Origin: Oopsacas minuta | Lineage: Eukaryota > Animalia > Porifera | Direction of reading: 5' to 3' | DNA length: 64,000 bases | Assembly: GCA_024704765.1 (NCBI GenBank) | Contig: JAKMXF010000222.1 | Location: 1,740,400 to 1,804,399, forward strand | Part shown: one piece after another, positions 10,078-23,020 of the stretch | Layout of the letters: every line of letters begins with the position of its first letter | Numbering within the stretch: position 1 is the first letter of the stretch | Program-made: the position numbers and the translations under genes | The notes under the pieces: model-generated | What the model was told of the DNA's origin: nothing | The model's input: the letters and a program-made list of their open reading frames with translations, nothing else | Databases searched by the model: none

Positions 10078-13000
10078 CACGAGAGTATGGCAAATGTAAT
10101 GTGATGCTAATAAATCTGTAACTAAATAAGAATTGATAAACTTCGAATTCGGATTTTAGTGTTTCCTAAGTTATGATTATATAATTATGGGAACGACGTG
10201 TTCAACTTCGGGATTATTAAATATGGTCGTTTGCCAACATTTAAGCCATAGACGTGATGTTTTAAGAAAGCAGAAAGTAAACTGGAGTGGTGAGGCTCAC
10301 TATTTACGTATCTGAGTTATATACAAACATAAATTCACTTATCCCCATACTGTCCATACATATATCTAGACCTACACAAATAAGTAGAATAGTAATAAAT
10401 GTAAGGTCCTAATCAGAAAATTAGCAATTCTAGTTATCTACTATTCACTACTGTATGCCAATTATATAAATCCTGAGTTGTGTTGTCAATGAACTCGTCG
10501 ATGATATGACATACATACAGGATGCTAACGTCATTGCAGCATCTTCATGAACAGTCAGTACAGAAGTGGTTCAAAAATTCTGTTGAGTTTGTGAGTTCGA
10601 AAGTATGTGTATTCTGCCGCAACATACTGAAGACTCTTAATTAACCTTACATGTCGTCACAGGTAGACCGTAGACACACATATAGCACATAAAACATATT
10701 GAGATTGGGTAGCAGAAACTTCAGTGACTCTTCCTTAGTAAACGCTTTTCTAAGAGTAAAAATCTCTTTACTCATGCATTTATAGAGGAAACCAGTTATT
10801 TCTCGCAAACAAAATTGCAAAAGTTTACTAAGAAATTTATCTCCATTATAGCATTCTGCGAGCGTAGCGTGTCGTCTTCCAAACTTGAATACAACAGGAT
10901 TATTGTATGACATTGGGGTGACTTATTGCTTATTGGCAATTTGTTAATTATAAGCAGGGATGGAAACAGCTAAGCTCACGAAAAATTGTGGCTGTTAATA
11001 GCTATCGCTAAATTTCCATTTCATCCTTATCTCATGCCCGTAGGAGACGGTACGGTTGGTCAGGTTTCAACTGGTGTCACAGTGAATAGTGTTCTCCGTG
11101 AATAATGTTGCCCAAACATTATCCACTAGGGATTATGGTCATGGGCGTAGCAGCAACGGGGATTTTAAGGGGCACAGTCTCTAAATCTATCCAGTTTCCC
11201 ACTATCCCTTAATATAATCAATGTATTGAATAATTTGAGGGGACTATTGATAAATATCTATCCGTGAGATTTGTTTAAGATCCATTGAATTTAGCCAATT
11301 TATTAATTACAATTGATGGCTATACTCTATAGGATATCTACACATCAAAATGACGCAAAGGTGTTCATTTCGTTATGGGGCACTATAATAAATTCAATTT
11401 TCCCCAAAATTTGAGAAGGTAAAATGGGAAGTGAGATTGAAAAATTTTGATGAATAGATTTTACTAAAATTTGATGTCCTCCTCTTATAATGCATCATAA
11501 TAGATTAATTCCTTGGAGGTCAACAACAGCAATACAACATCTATGATGTATGCCTCAGAACGTTGAAGTGTACTACCTAATTTTACTTGGATAAAATCAA
11601 ATGTTTGAATGCTCTCATGGGCTTTGTTTCTAGCCCTCTAAGCGCTATAGTTAAAAAAAGAGCTGCTCCATAACACCAATATTTACATATGTGAAGAGCA
11701 TTAAAGTAGCGGCACTCCATTTTTGAAGGAGTGAACACACTGGAGTGCACTCGGTCAAAACCCTCGAACCCTCCCTTTTCGGCGCCTATGCATGATAACT
11801 GTGCGTTTTACCCGATTAACCAGAGCAATTTAATTATCACTATTCGTATGGTTCTCTTTCCAAATGCAACTGTGGATCTATTAAGCGGAATCTACTAAAA
11901 CATATATGCAGAGCATTAAGCGCTCCTCATTTTTTGGACCGCGCTCTGGTCCGAACTCCCACCTCCGCTCATTACTCAAAAAAGGAGCGCACTCCGGATA
12001 CCAGTCCAGGACAAATGGAACGCACTCCAATCGCGGTCTTTTTATTCTTTCAGATTTACATTAGATTTGTATTTTAAGTAATCAGGATTGAATTGTACAT
12101 TCGGGAAATTATTAAATCGGCAAAGTCAAACCATTTCAATAAATTGTGAATTATACAAAAGTGTCCCAGCATCCACTTTTTATAGCAATAATACTGAATT
12201 TTATGCAAGATAACCCTTGGTCAGATAAAAACTGTGAAAGGAGATTTGATGCTCATTTATCATTTCTTACTATAAATATATTCTTCCATACTAATATTTG
12301 TTAGCGGGTAATTAATTATTGACACTTGTTTGATTAAAATCATCTTTAGATTTTGAATATTGACCTTTCAACCACTCGTTTACGGATAGTTGCGAAATTA
12401 TATTAATTTTAATTCTGTTCTAACTGTTAATCAGAATGAATAATGACCGCGGGAGCTGTTTAAAATCGGATAAAATTAAATTTAACTATTTTTTGATTAA
12501 TCTTATGTATATTTATGAACTATACAATATTTTGTATTGCTTAATACATTTACTGGTAAGTGGTAATTATGAGATGTCTGCTAATTGTATTTCTATATAG
12601 AAATATTCGAATGAGTTTTGACGCGGCCAGTTTACTTAGAAAGACTTAATTTTGTGCATCATGAAACTGTCTAGCAAGTAATTACTCTATTGGATCATAT
12701 GATTTTTGAAAGATACTGGTTATAACTTATGGCAGCTCTAGGCATCAAAGAATTCACTGAAAAATTTCTACTTTCTCATCTTTCTGATAAATCTCATTGA
12801 ATCAGCGTAAAAGCTACCCGAAACTTCATTTAAGATATATTTGAGCATAGTAATTCAATTTGTACTCATTCCGGTGTAAGGCTAAAACAATTATCCAATC
12901 TCTTTCACTTCTTCCATATTTAGGAGATTTTCGAATTATACTAATATTTCGTATGTTGATTTGTAAGTTTATCGGATGTCTGATGAAACATCAAGATTGG

Positions 13001-15165
13001 TACTACAGTACACCATCAATAATCCGAACAGCACTCTTGTAATTGCAAAATTAAGAGCTAATAATGAGTTTGTTTCCGATGCACAACTGAGTTTAGGTTT
13101 AGAAGAACTATATAGAATATTCACTATAGGTTTAGATTTTGCACTATTTTGCACGATTTATAGCGTAAAGAATAAACATAAATTGATGAGCTATTTCTAA
13201 GATCATCAAAAATTGATAACCTAAAATTTATGCAAAATTTTTTATAGCAAATAATCTAACCTCTGCTAAATGATTACATAATTTAATCCCAAATCAGAAT
13301 AATTTAGTAAATAAAGAAATAAAAATGTTAAAAATAATATTATTTCTCATTTAAATCATTAACAAACAAATTATTTAAAAGATAACATACATACATATTC
13401 TATAATTTTGGTTTCAGTGGTGCTTCTAAATCCTATATCGTCCGAAATCAATTTCAGTCTATTACTACTAATCTAACAGTATATACAGAATTTCCAAGGA
13501 CAGAGAAAATATTGGGATTGACGGGGATGATAAACAAGCAGTGGCGACATCAAAAGAGTCGTAGGGGCAGAAATAGGGACCTCTAAACAATTTCTGCGAC
13601 TACTGAGGGTTCGCTGATTGTTTTACCACAAAGTTCATGGGTGTGTCTATACTAGTAAAATGTATAATCCTACTATTTTGGCTACTCTTATCTATAAACC
13701 TGCTGTGGATTGCCTTCTTCATTTCGATCTGTCACGATCCAAAGTAAAAACTTGGTGCAGCCCAATGTAAACAGTGTATACGTATACTGTTTCATTTGTA
13801 GATATACCTCTATTTGTTTTAAGTAAGAGAAAATCCCATCTGAAAATTAAAGAAAACAGAGCAGAAAGTGACTTATACACAGTCCAAATGAAAAAGAATT
13901 TAACAACTCGACGGGAAAATTCTTGATTTGTCAAATTTATTATGAATTAACTTTAGGAATATTAAAAATTGAAGACTATTCTGACTATATTGTGAAATCA
14001 AGCATTTGGCCCAAGGGGTAACTAGCAATGGAGGCAGAGGAGACAGTCAAAATTGACTTACTTATTTGTATTTCTGAATTGATATACCACCTCAAGCATG
14101 AGTTTTAAAATGATTCGATCACTATCAGAACAGTTGTATATCCAATAACATAGCAATTAAACATAATATACCATACTTTCCAACTGTCACGATTATTGCT
14201 AGACGTCCCGCATTTTCAAACATGTATGAAGCTAATGTCCCGCCGAAACTTGCAAAAAGCTCAAATTGTCCCCCTTGATATGGTGTAGTTTAATGCATTT
14301 ATGTTACTGCCAGCGATGTCCCGCTAAATCTCACATTCAGTCCTGCTCTTTTCTTCACTCGATTTGGCAAGTAACTAAGTACGTATCAAACAAACTTTTC
14401 AATTTGTATTATTATATACATTAGAGTAAAACAGATGACATATTTATAAGTTCACACATAAAAACATTCTGCATCCGCAAAACTAACTTATTTCATGTAC
14501 AATATATTTTGATTCTGCAAAAGAATACCTTTCTCAACAGCATAATTACAAATTGAATTTTTGTGAATAAATGAATAGGACATGTGTTGAATGGTGAAAT
14601 TTGGAGAAAAGTATGTTTTAACCGACTTCTACTGCATTGCATTATTCACATGTGAAGAAGTCGGGTACAAAAGGACATAATCAAGAAATATTTAATTTGC
14701 AGTTCTTCAGTTTAACCACTCGGACTAAGAGCTAGCGTGAGCAAAATAAAATTTCTTAGAAATTATGATGGCTACATTTTTATTCCTAGTATTATTGTTC
14801 TGTGTCCTGTTAGAATAATTGTTGAATGAATTGCACTCGAATACCTCTGATAATGATTCGTGGCTGTTCTGATTTAAAGCTACAATGAAAATATTCCTCG
14901 AATGGACAGTGCTTTCAATATGTAGACGATTTACAGACTTATTTTCACTTATCAACTACATATGTGGACCTCTATATGTGCTAAATCATTGGAACGATAT
15001 ATTACGAGAATTTAAGTTTTTCTTTCGCATTTGATGATAACTATTTAAGTAAGCATATTGATATAACGGAGTATATTTCGACCTTATTTATACAGACGTA
15101 CAGCTCTGCGGAGAATATATATATATATATACATATACACGATTACACAAAGTAAATATATAACA

Positions 15166-17777
15166 ATGTCAAATGCCGATATTACTAAATGGAAATCGGA
15201 ATCTATAGAAAAGTTTGCTCAAATGAATGCAGAAGAAAAACAGGCTGTTTCTACTCTGTTGCAAATTTCTCAATTCTGTAAAACTCCTCCTCAAAAACCT
15301 GATTGCAAATCTCCTATGCTTGCTGGTGGAGGTGAGGAGAGAAATATCACTTCCATGCTACTTGCAGATGAGAATGCAGATAATTCTGACACAGATGGTC
15401 CGCTAGTTGTAGACGAAGATCCACCAAACAGCATTCCCTTCGACCTTTCGTCTCTCACGACGACAAGTAAGTATTGGCTTAAAATTAATATACTATCACT
15501 AATGTTTATATATTTAGTGGAACTCCGTTAAATACGAATATGATTTAATACGAATTTCCGGAGAAGAATAACAATATTTACAAAAGATCAGGTCACAACA
15601 ATAGTTAATCAATTAGCATTACTCTGGTAATACGAACTCCAGATAAAGCGAATAATTTTTTGACAGCCCATGGATGTTCGTATTATCCAGGTTCCACTGT
15701 ATTATATTATCATTTCGTATTAGATGGAATCCCACATTTGATGAAGAATGGAGATTCAAGTAACGCAGATTTATTGAATGTATACTTCAATACAATTCAG
15801 TTAGAGGATCAGGATAACATTATTATTGAGAAGGAGAATCCAGAAAAACAAGTTAATTCGGAATCCTCTCCTGCAATGAGCGAAGTACAGGCTTCTCCAC
15901 GACCTATCCCCCGCGTGAATAGTGCCTGTTCTGAAGAAATATCTGAGGCTTTCCAAGGACAATTTTTGGAAACTTTGCGCACGAAAAACGTAATCATGTA
16001 ATAATATTTTGTAAGAAATTACTTAAACGTAATTCACATTCCAATTTCCAACAAATATTACAAATTTACACATGTGTAAAATAGATTTGAATTGAACTTA
16101 TCTATTGACCTCTTCTTAGGACGGTAGTGCTCGACGTCCAATGAATGCATATATGCTTTTCTGCAAAATAAACCGAAGTGAAGTGAAGGAGAAAAATCCT
16201 GGACTGTCAAATCGAGAGATAAGTCAGATTCTAGGCAAAATGTGGCATGACTTGGATAAAGAAGAGTGGCAGAAGTATACGAATATGTCCTTTGAGGTAT
16301 GTTTTCGAATTAATGCCATTATACATAGTTATACCTTTGTATCACATCTTAAAACAGATATACATAAATTAGCCCTATTAGAGTTGTGTTCATGAATAAC
16401 ATTGAAAATCAACTAATATATTTTAATAACAGACACATCTTTAGATCTCTGCTTATCCTAATGCTTAATCTATTTATTTTCTAGCTTATTACACGTATGT
16501 TTGTTTGATAAAATCTCATTATTAGTTAAGGAAGGCGCACTATGTTGCTTACCCTGATTTCAAATGGTCAAAGAAGCAGAAAAGGCCTTCATCCATTCCT
16601 TCAAAGAGTAGGTTGAATTAATTACTCGTTTCTTTTATTGAGCATTTAAGGAGACGCAGGATTAGACCCAAAAAATGTTGGAATTTGACCAAAAATAAAA
16701 TTGGTAGTAGGAATTTACAAACAGTTTGCTAATAATTAATCCAACAAAAGTCCATCCATAATCAAAATTAGTATGGAGTCCACATCCCCACCCCTAGGTA
16801 GTTTAATAACGAGTACAAATGAAACTCCCCAGACCAATAAGGAAGTGAACTAAATCCCTAATCCCCTCCCAATGGTAAGGGGTTTCTAATTAATACAATA
16901 ATAACTGTCCTATCACGTCTTCGTTTCTATAAATCCATTTAGAAAACAAAACGGATTATTAAACTTAATTAATTAATAATTATAAAACAGCTCTCCAAAG
17001 CTAATAATTTGGGTCATTTTCCGCGTCCCCCATTTAAGTACAAATGAAAGCAATACCGACAGTAGGTGAAATAATGTATTCATATATATTCACCTGACAA
17101 TGGAGATTTGTATACTGTTATGAACTGGCTTTATTAATTAATAATATTAAATTTAAAACTACGTAACTATACTAGGAACACAAGTAGAAGATGAGGGAGG
17201 GACATCTCTTTATCGGCCTCGATCAACAATATATCCAGACAGTGAGTATTCAGATTATACGTCTGTTAACTTTAAACCAGTTTCTTTTGATTTGAACAAG
17301 GAGCGGAAATTGCCTCACCCATCTTCTCTCCACTCTATTAATTTACAACCCAGAGTATCAGGCATATCTCCGTTCTTGATTGAGAGTCTCCTCAAATCTC
17401 CTGACCTCCAATCAACTCACAAACTCAATAATGCTCCTTACGATGACGTCACTCCTTTAAAGAAAAGAAAGATTACCCCTATCCTTCCTACTGATCAATT
17501 ATTACCACATTACATAGTTCCCAATGCTATATCTACTCTCCCTTCATTATATGCACCACAATTACTTCCCGGAATTCAACAGACTTTGTCTAACTCTTCT
17601 ACACCAAGTATTCCTGACCAACAACCAAATATGTTAGGATTTGTATTACCCATGTATAACACGAATGCTGCTCTATCAAGCGCCAGGATACAGTTCTTAG
17701 CTACTGATCCAAACACAGGTTATTATACAATTCACCAAGGTCCTCTTCTCAATGGAAAGCTAATTAGTGATTCGTAA
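15166..17777 (+). CDS. Sequence-specific HMG-box transcription factor, BBX/Capicua-like, about 462 aa; exons 15166-15466, 15724-15989, 16120-16296, 16526-16607, 17176-17241, 17281-17777 (exon 1-2 junction least certain)
   Basis: The spliced HMG box RRPMNAYMLFCKINRSEVKEKNPGLSNREISQILGKMWHDLDKEEWQKYTNMSFE|LRKAHYVAYPDFKW resembles BBX (KYTDMAKE...NPGYKW) and CIC (AHFKAHPDWKW). Phases are consistent (1389 nt). Confidence 0.75.
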
Positions 17778-18499
17778 ACCTATTAATAGCACATTTTCTT
17801 TAGCTTTTACTGCCAACCGTTCAAAGTACATACCCTGCACATCTTTTGTTTATATATTGCTGTAACAGCCACAATTAGTATCAGTCGTATTTGAAATTTT
17901 AATGCAATTTAATATTTTATACATTTTTTACATTAATGATAATTATGCTTAATATTTTTCGTATGCCATGCGAACTTCCTGTAAATAATTATAAATTAAA
18001 GCAGTCATGAGTATTTGATTAATCATATTGTTGTTTAATTTGCACGGTTATGTAACAATGATTTGTTATTGTATACAATTGCAAATCGCAAACTAACTGA
18101 TTGGGCAGCACAATTCATACGATACTTTCGTAGGGTTGCATTGCTATAGTATGTCTATCATAATTAATCACTGCTCTGTGGCAGTTACTTGATGCATATA
18201 TATGCTATTTGTGCTTTGATGTATAATGTCCTTATTAATTAATATTTACCCATATGATATACAATTCTGATTTATCATAATTAGTTACCTTGTATAGCCG
18301 TGACCCATGAGAACAGATTAGTAAGCATAATTTCAGATTCCTGTAATTAATTTATATTATACCTTATTTTAGGAAGTAACACAATTCCTCCAAATCGCGT
18401 TAATTTTATTGGAATTTGTTAAACACCAATATATATAGCTCTGCTTTAACATAGCCAGCCCAGAGTTCATCATAATTTTTAGAGCAGCTCCTATAGGGA

Positions 18500-18895
18500 G
18501 ATGCCTTAATGGCATAGACGATGTGCGACGTACGGCCATGCGAAATCTAACAGTCCAATTAACATAAAAATTGGCATACATTTACATTTTGGGTCGGAGA
18601 TTTGCATCTCGGGGGTGAACTTCTCTAAAGTGAATATTTCACACCTTTTTGGTGATTAATCATATTTCACATCATTCTATGTAATACAAAAGCGAGCTAG
18701 AGATTAGGTTTCAACATGTTGTCAGGGGTAATTGGGTGCGTAGAGTCCGATTTTGAGATTGGCAGAGTCTGAAAGTTTTTAATTCACAGATTTATCATTT
18801 ATTAGTCATATTTAATATGATTAATCATAACACAAACAAATAATCTGAGCTGCATGATGCACTCCCAGTCTGTCTGCTGGGCATTCTATTTATAT
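18500..18895 (+). mobile_element. Family B (Helentron/DINE-like) copy, boundaries approximate
   Basis: GATGTGCGACGT motif as at 6130, core ...CACACCTTTTTGGTGATTAATCATAT, and a 3' hairpin CCCAGTCTGTCTGCTGGG shared with the inverted copy at 50.3 kb. Confidence 0.55.
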
Positions 18896-21369
18896 GAGTT
18901 AGTGGCCTGTTACTCAATTTAAAAGACACGTATATGTAAGTTGGACACAATAATTAATGTATGTACTATGTAGAAATCTAGCCGCGATTGACAGGATAAT
19001 CAGTAAAATAATAATATACCTACATTTTGGGAAGAGATTAATTTGCACCCATAATATGAATTGTTTCGAAATGAAATTTGTGAATAAACATATTCTCATA
19101 CCTTTCTATGTAAAATTAACAAGCATGCAGGAGGTTAGGTATAAATAAATATGTTGTCAGGGTAATTAGGTGCGTAGATCAGATCCATCTCGATATCAAA
19201 CATTATTTGTATATACCTCATTATTGGGTTATATCATAGACTCTGAATAGTGTTACATATGTATTTAAGGCAAGATAGCAATTATGTTTGCACTTATTTA
19301 ACTCATCAACATAATTGTATTGATTAATTAGTCTATAGATATAGTCAGGTGAACTATCTGTACAATCGCTTAATGAATCATATAAACGCATGCTCTGGTT
19401 GTTCTGGAAGATTTTATCAAAATGTAACTTTAAAATCAATTGCATTAGGTAAAAGTTTCTCAGAATAATCTAACTAATTCACATTTCTACATACCATATG
19501 TTATGTATATCCACAATTTCACATTACTATCACATCATATAGTTCAGTTAGTTAATAATTTTATATTGCTAAAAAAGGAAGTAATTTCTCCACAGAATAG
19601 AACCACAATTCAATTCGTATTGATCATGGTTAGCTGTACCAGTTAGCTATCCAAGTATCATCATACTCAATTTTCATGTCTACAACATCATATTTATACC
19701 CAAAGCCAAATTCCAATTATTATCATTTAATCAATTTTGCATAGCTGTAATTCCCTTAATAGAATGCTTTTATTTTTGGTGTAAATTACTTGCTATTGGC
19801 AGCTTCCAAAACAGAGGTCTAGATTATTAATTTAACTAATCTGTTTATAATAGCATTTATTACAATGATATATGCTGATTTTCTCCAATCGAGCCTTAGT
19901 CTCAATAGTATAATATCTCATTTGTTGATTGTCTGTTTGTCTTTTTGATTTGGAAGTTGAATTCATTTAAATATCGTTTTTATACTTACAAGGATAGCGC
20001 AAACGGTCAGACTAGTCCGACAGTGGTCTGTCCAATTTTTTCTTGTCCTGTTTGAATTGTATGAGGCACCTGACAACCTTAATATAGAATAATAGATTAT
20101 GCATTCATTAGCCAGACCGCTCTTTAACTTGGTCCTCTTCCCGTGACTTGTATAATACACTAATAGTGTTTAATTCAAGTAATAAAGCAAAATTGAAGAA
20201 ATCATTATACAGTATTCGGATAATTAAAAATTAGGATTTACCTGACTACTATACTATTAAACACAGGGCTGGGATTGGTCAACCGAATTCATGGGATGGT
20301 TAAACTTGATTCAAAGAAAGCGGTTAATTGGTTAATTGATGAAATAATTCTATTAAATAAATAATGTTTCGTACGTAAAATTGAAATTATCCATCATTAA
20401 TTACCTGTATGCAATTGTTATGTGATTTTATCTTACAAAAGGATTGAAATTTGAAATACAAACCTAAAAATGTGATATCACACGAATATCATACTAAAAA
20501 CCCTAGAAACAATGAATATATTTCTGGAAATGACACTATTCCGTCAATCGTATATCTTTTCTCATATCAGTTTACTGGATATATCGGCGGTTAACCGTAT
20601 CCAGCCTTGCATGTGGTTGAGACCGCTCCTTTGGGGCAAAGATGCAATTGGGTCACTGACGCATACATGGATCATCAATTGGTCATGCCCATGGCCAACA
20701 TATATTCGCGTATCGTATGTGGGATTCATTGTAGTGCAGCTTTTAAGAATTTAAGTATAGTGTAATAATTCTACTAGTTAATAGGACAGAATAGCCAAAG
20801 AGTGTGCGTGTATTGAATTTGAATATCAAAGTGTGCAAGTGCTGAAAAGGTTAGGAGCGATTGGCATAAAAGGCAAATATGTATTACCATAACCCAAAAA
20901 CACAATTTTAGAATATTACATCTACTCTTACAAAATTAAAATCTATGTATTTACGCAAAATATAAATAGGAATTTGTCATGATACGAGTAAGTTGGTAAG
21001 TTCCTGAGATAACCCAGTATCCATGGTTAGCAGATGGATAGCATTAATATCCAGCTACTTTCTTACCTCCTACTTGTATCCATTGTCATATATCCTATGT
21101 TATGACTCATTTAAATTTGTGGACAATACTTGTTATTGCTGCCCCTATCTTACACCTTCAGCCGTTCATATGGTTTTTTCGACCATTAACGACTCAATAA
21201 CAAAAGTCAAACGATGGAATATTGGAGTGCATAAAATACATGAACCCAGTAAAGATATTTACAACAGTCTATGGCTTATTGAGTGAAAATATAAATTTAC
21301 TACACACATGTCCTTCAAGGTCATGTGTGTAGTAAATTATTTGGTCTGATTGACCGCCCAGACTCCATA

Positions 21370-21612
21370 AGTCAGGGCTGTGTTTGTTTGTTGTCAAGGT
21401 AAGGATTTCGGGTATGCTATTATGAGTTCGAATTTCGCAATCCCGATAACTAAGTATTATCGTGCAATCACTAAAGTAAATAGAATACAATAAAACTTCA
21501 CAAATAAATCGAAATATGCGGAATCCAATATTCACACTTATGAATTAATCATATGTATATTTATTTGTTGTTTTTATGAATGTATAGTAAACAAATTAGC
21601 CAAACGCGCTAG
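21370..21612 (+). mobile_element. Helitron family A copy, 5'-degraded
   Basis: TGTTTGTTTGTTGTCAAGGTAAGGATTT...GAATTAATCATATGT homology to 3446-3949; ends CGCGCTAG|T. Confidence 0.65.
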
Positions 21613-22140
21613 TAGATATAATATCGCCTTCTTTAACTATTGTAGTATTGTTGTATGACAGTTCAACTAATAAAGACAGAATAAATACGTGTAAAATCTA
21701 CAAGTCAAGAGATAAAAGAAATTCAATAAAATGTGTACGAATACATTTAATACATAGCAGACTATTTTGGTAATAGATCTCACCCAGAATCCCAGAAAAC
21801 AGAATAAGTACGATAGGTTACAGTAACACGATATAGCAATTTACACAATACGTATAACAGAAATGGCAGTGTGGTACAGGTGGGCTGTGTTAACATACGA
21901 CATGACTGACATTACATTAGCGTAACATATATTTTCTGTCTTACAATATTGTCGCTTATTTTGCAGCTAGATGTATCATGAAATTTTTAGAATTAGTTGA
22001 CCTGTATAGAAAAATAGTCGCAAAAACTGTAAGATAAGTAACGTATTGAATTCTCTTATTACTTTTGATTGACGCAGCAAATGAATCGAATTCGGATTTG
22101 AATGATATCTACCTTATTCACCTTCAAAAATAGGGAAATA

Positions 22141-22480
22141 TCTATATTATTAAATCTCAATTTGTGTCTGTGTGTCACGCTCCCATATGGAAAACACATC
22201 GGTTCAGTTCATAAAGTCCAGAAACAAATATTACACAACATAACAACAACATAACAACATTGTACTGGGGTAATCGAGTATGCTGAGTCAAATATGATAC
22301 TGTAAACAACATTTAATAAATATTTGTTCACTTATGGGGACATAAGGTAAGCAGATTTAATGATTATGGCAGTATCATGTTTGCTAAAGTTAAGATTATG
22401 AGTTTATGTACTCGAGGCGTGGCCCGGTGCGGACATGAAGTGTTCGCAACTGCGTAGCGCGAGCAAGCGAAGTGCGCTAG
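22141..22480 (+). mobile_element. Non-autonomous Helitron, family A, complete ends
   Basis: A|TCTATATTATTAAATCTCAA ... GCGTAGCGCGAGCAAGCGAAGTGCGCTAG|T: canonical TC start, CTAG end, A|T target and no TSD. Confidence 0.88.
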
Positions 22481-23020
22481 TAAAAATATTAAACTACAAC
22501 CACAATGTAGCATGTGGATCAATTTTCTTGTAAAGGGACAGGCTGAGCCTCTCTCTGACCCTTTTACCCCCACTCATCGTAATCTGAACTGAAATAACTT
22601 GAGAAAATTTCTAAAAGACATTTAGTATTTTGATAAATATGAATATAGGTATCGTAATACTTAGGTATATTTTGGAAATATACCTAACACAGTACATACA
22701 CATGTACATCATTTGTTGATGAGAGAGGACATGTCTAATTGCCCAAATACGATATGACCCTAGTTAATTATCCCAATATATGAGAAGTTAACTGAATAAG
22801 TATATGATACATTCTTTTGATTAAGACAAAATATACAAATATCACAGAAATAGTGTGACTAAGTATTCTAGATGTAACCAGTGATAAAGAAGCGAGTAGA
22901 TATATCACAACGTGTAAGCTCTATTAAGTTGCATGATTAAACGCTACTATTTATATGGTGCAGGCATGGCTTATGCAAATGGTGGTTCTTGAGTTAATAG
23001 CGTTAAAAAGGAATATGAAA

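Noticed and set aside
11140-11790. Possible hAT element with CATGGGCGTA / GGCGCCTATG ends and internal GCACTCC repeats
   Set aside because: No matching 8-bp TSD and the TIR match is poor; probably TE debris that I cannot delimit.
15558-15630. RRRITIFTKDQVTTIVNQL resembles a homeodomain N-terminal arm
   Set aside because: It is flanked by in-frame stops, has no helix-3 WFxN motif, and no splice combination joins it to the HMG gene in frame.
16646-17037. Possible TTAA-flanked (Kolobok/piggyBac-like) MITE in the HMG gene intron
   Set aside because: The TIRs (GGAGACGC...GACCCAAA) are imperfect and offset from the right-hand TTAA; too weak to call.
20264-20609. Possible hAT MITE (CAGGGCTGGGA...TCCAGCCTTG)
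   Set aside because: Degenerate TIRs and no TSD.
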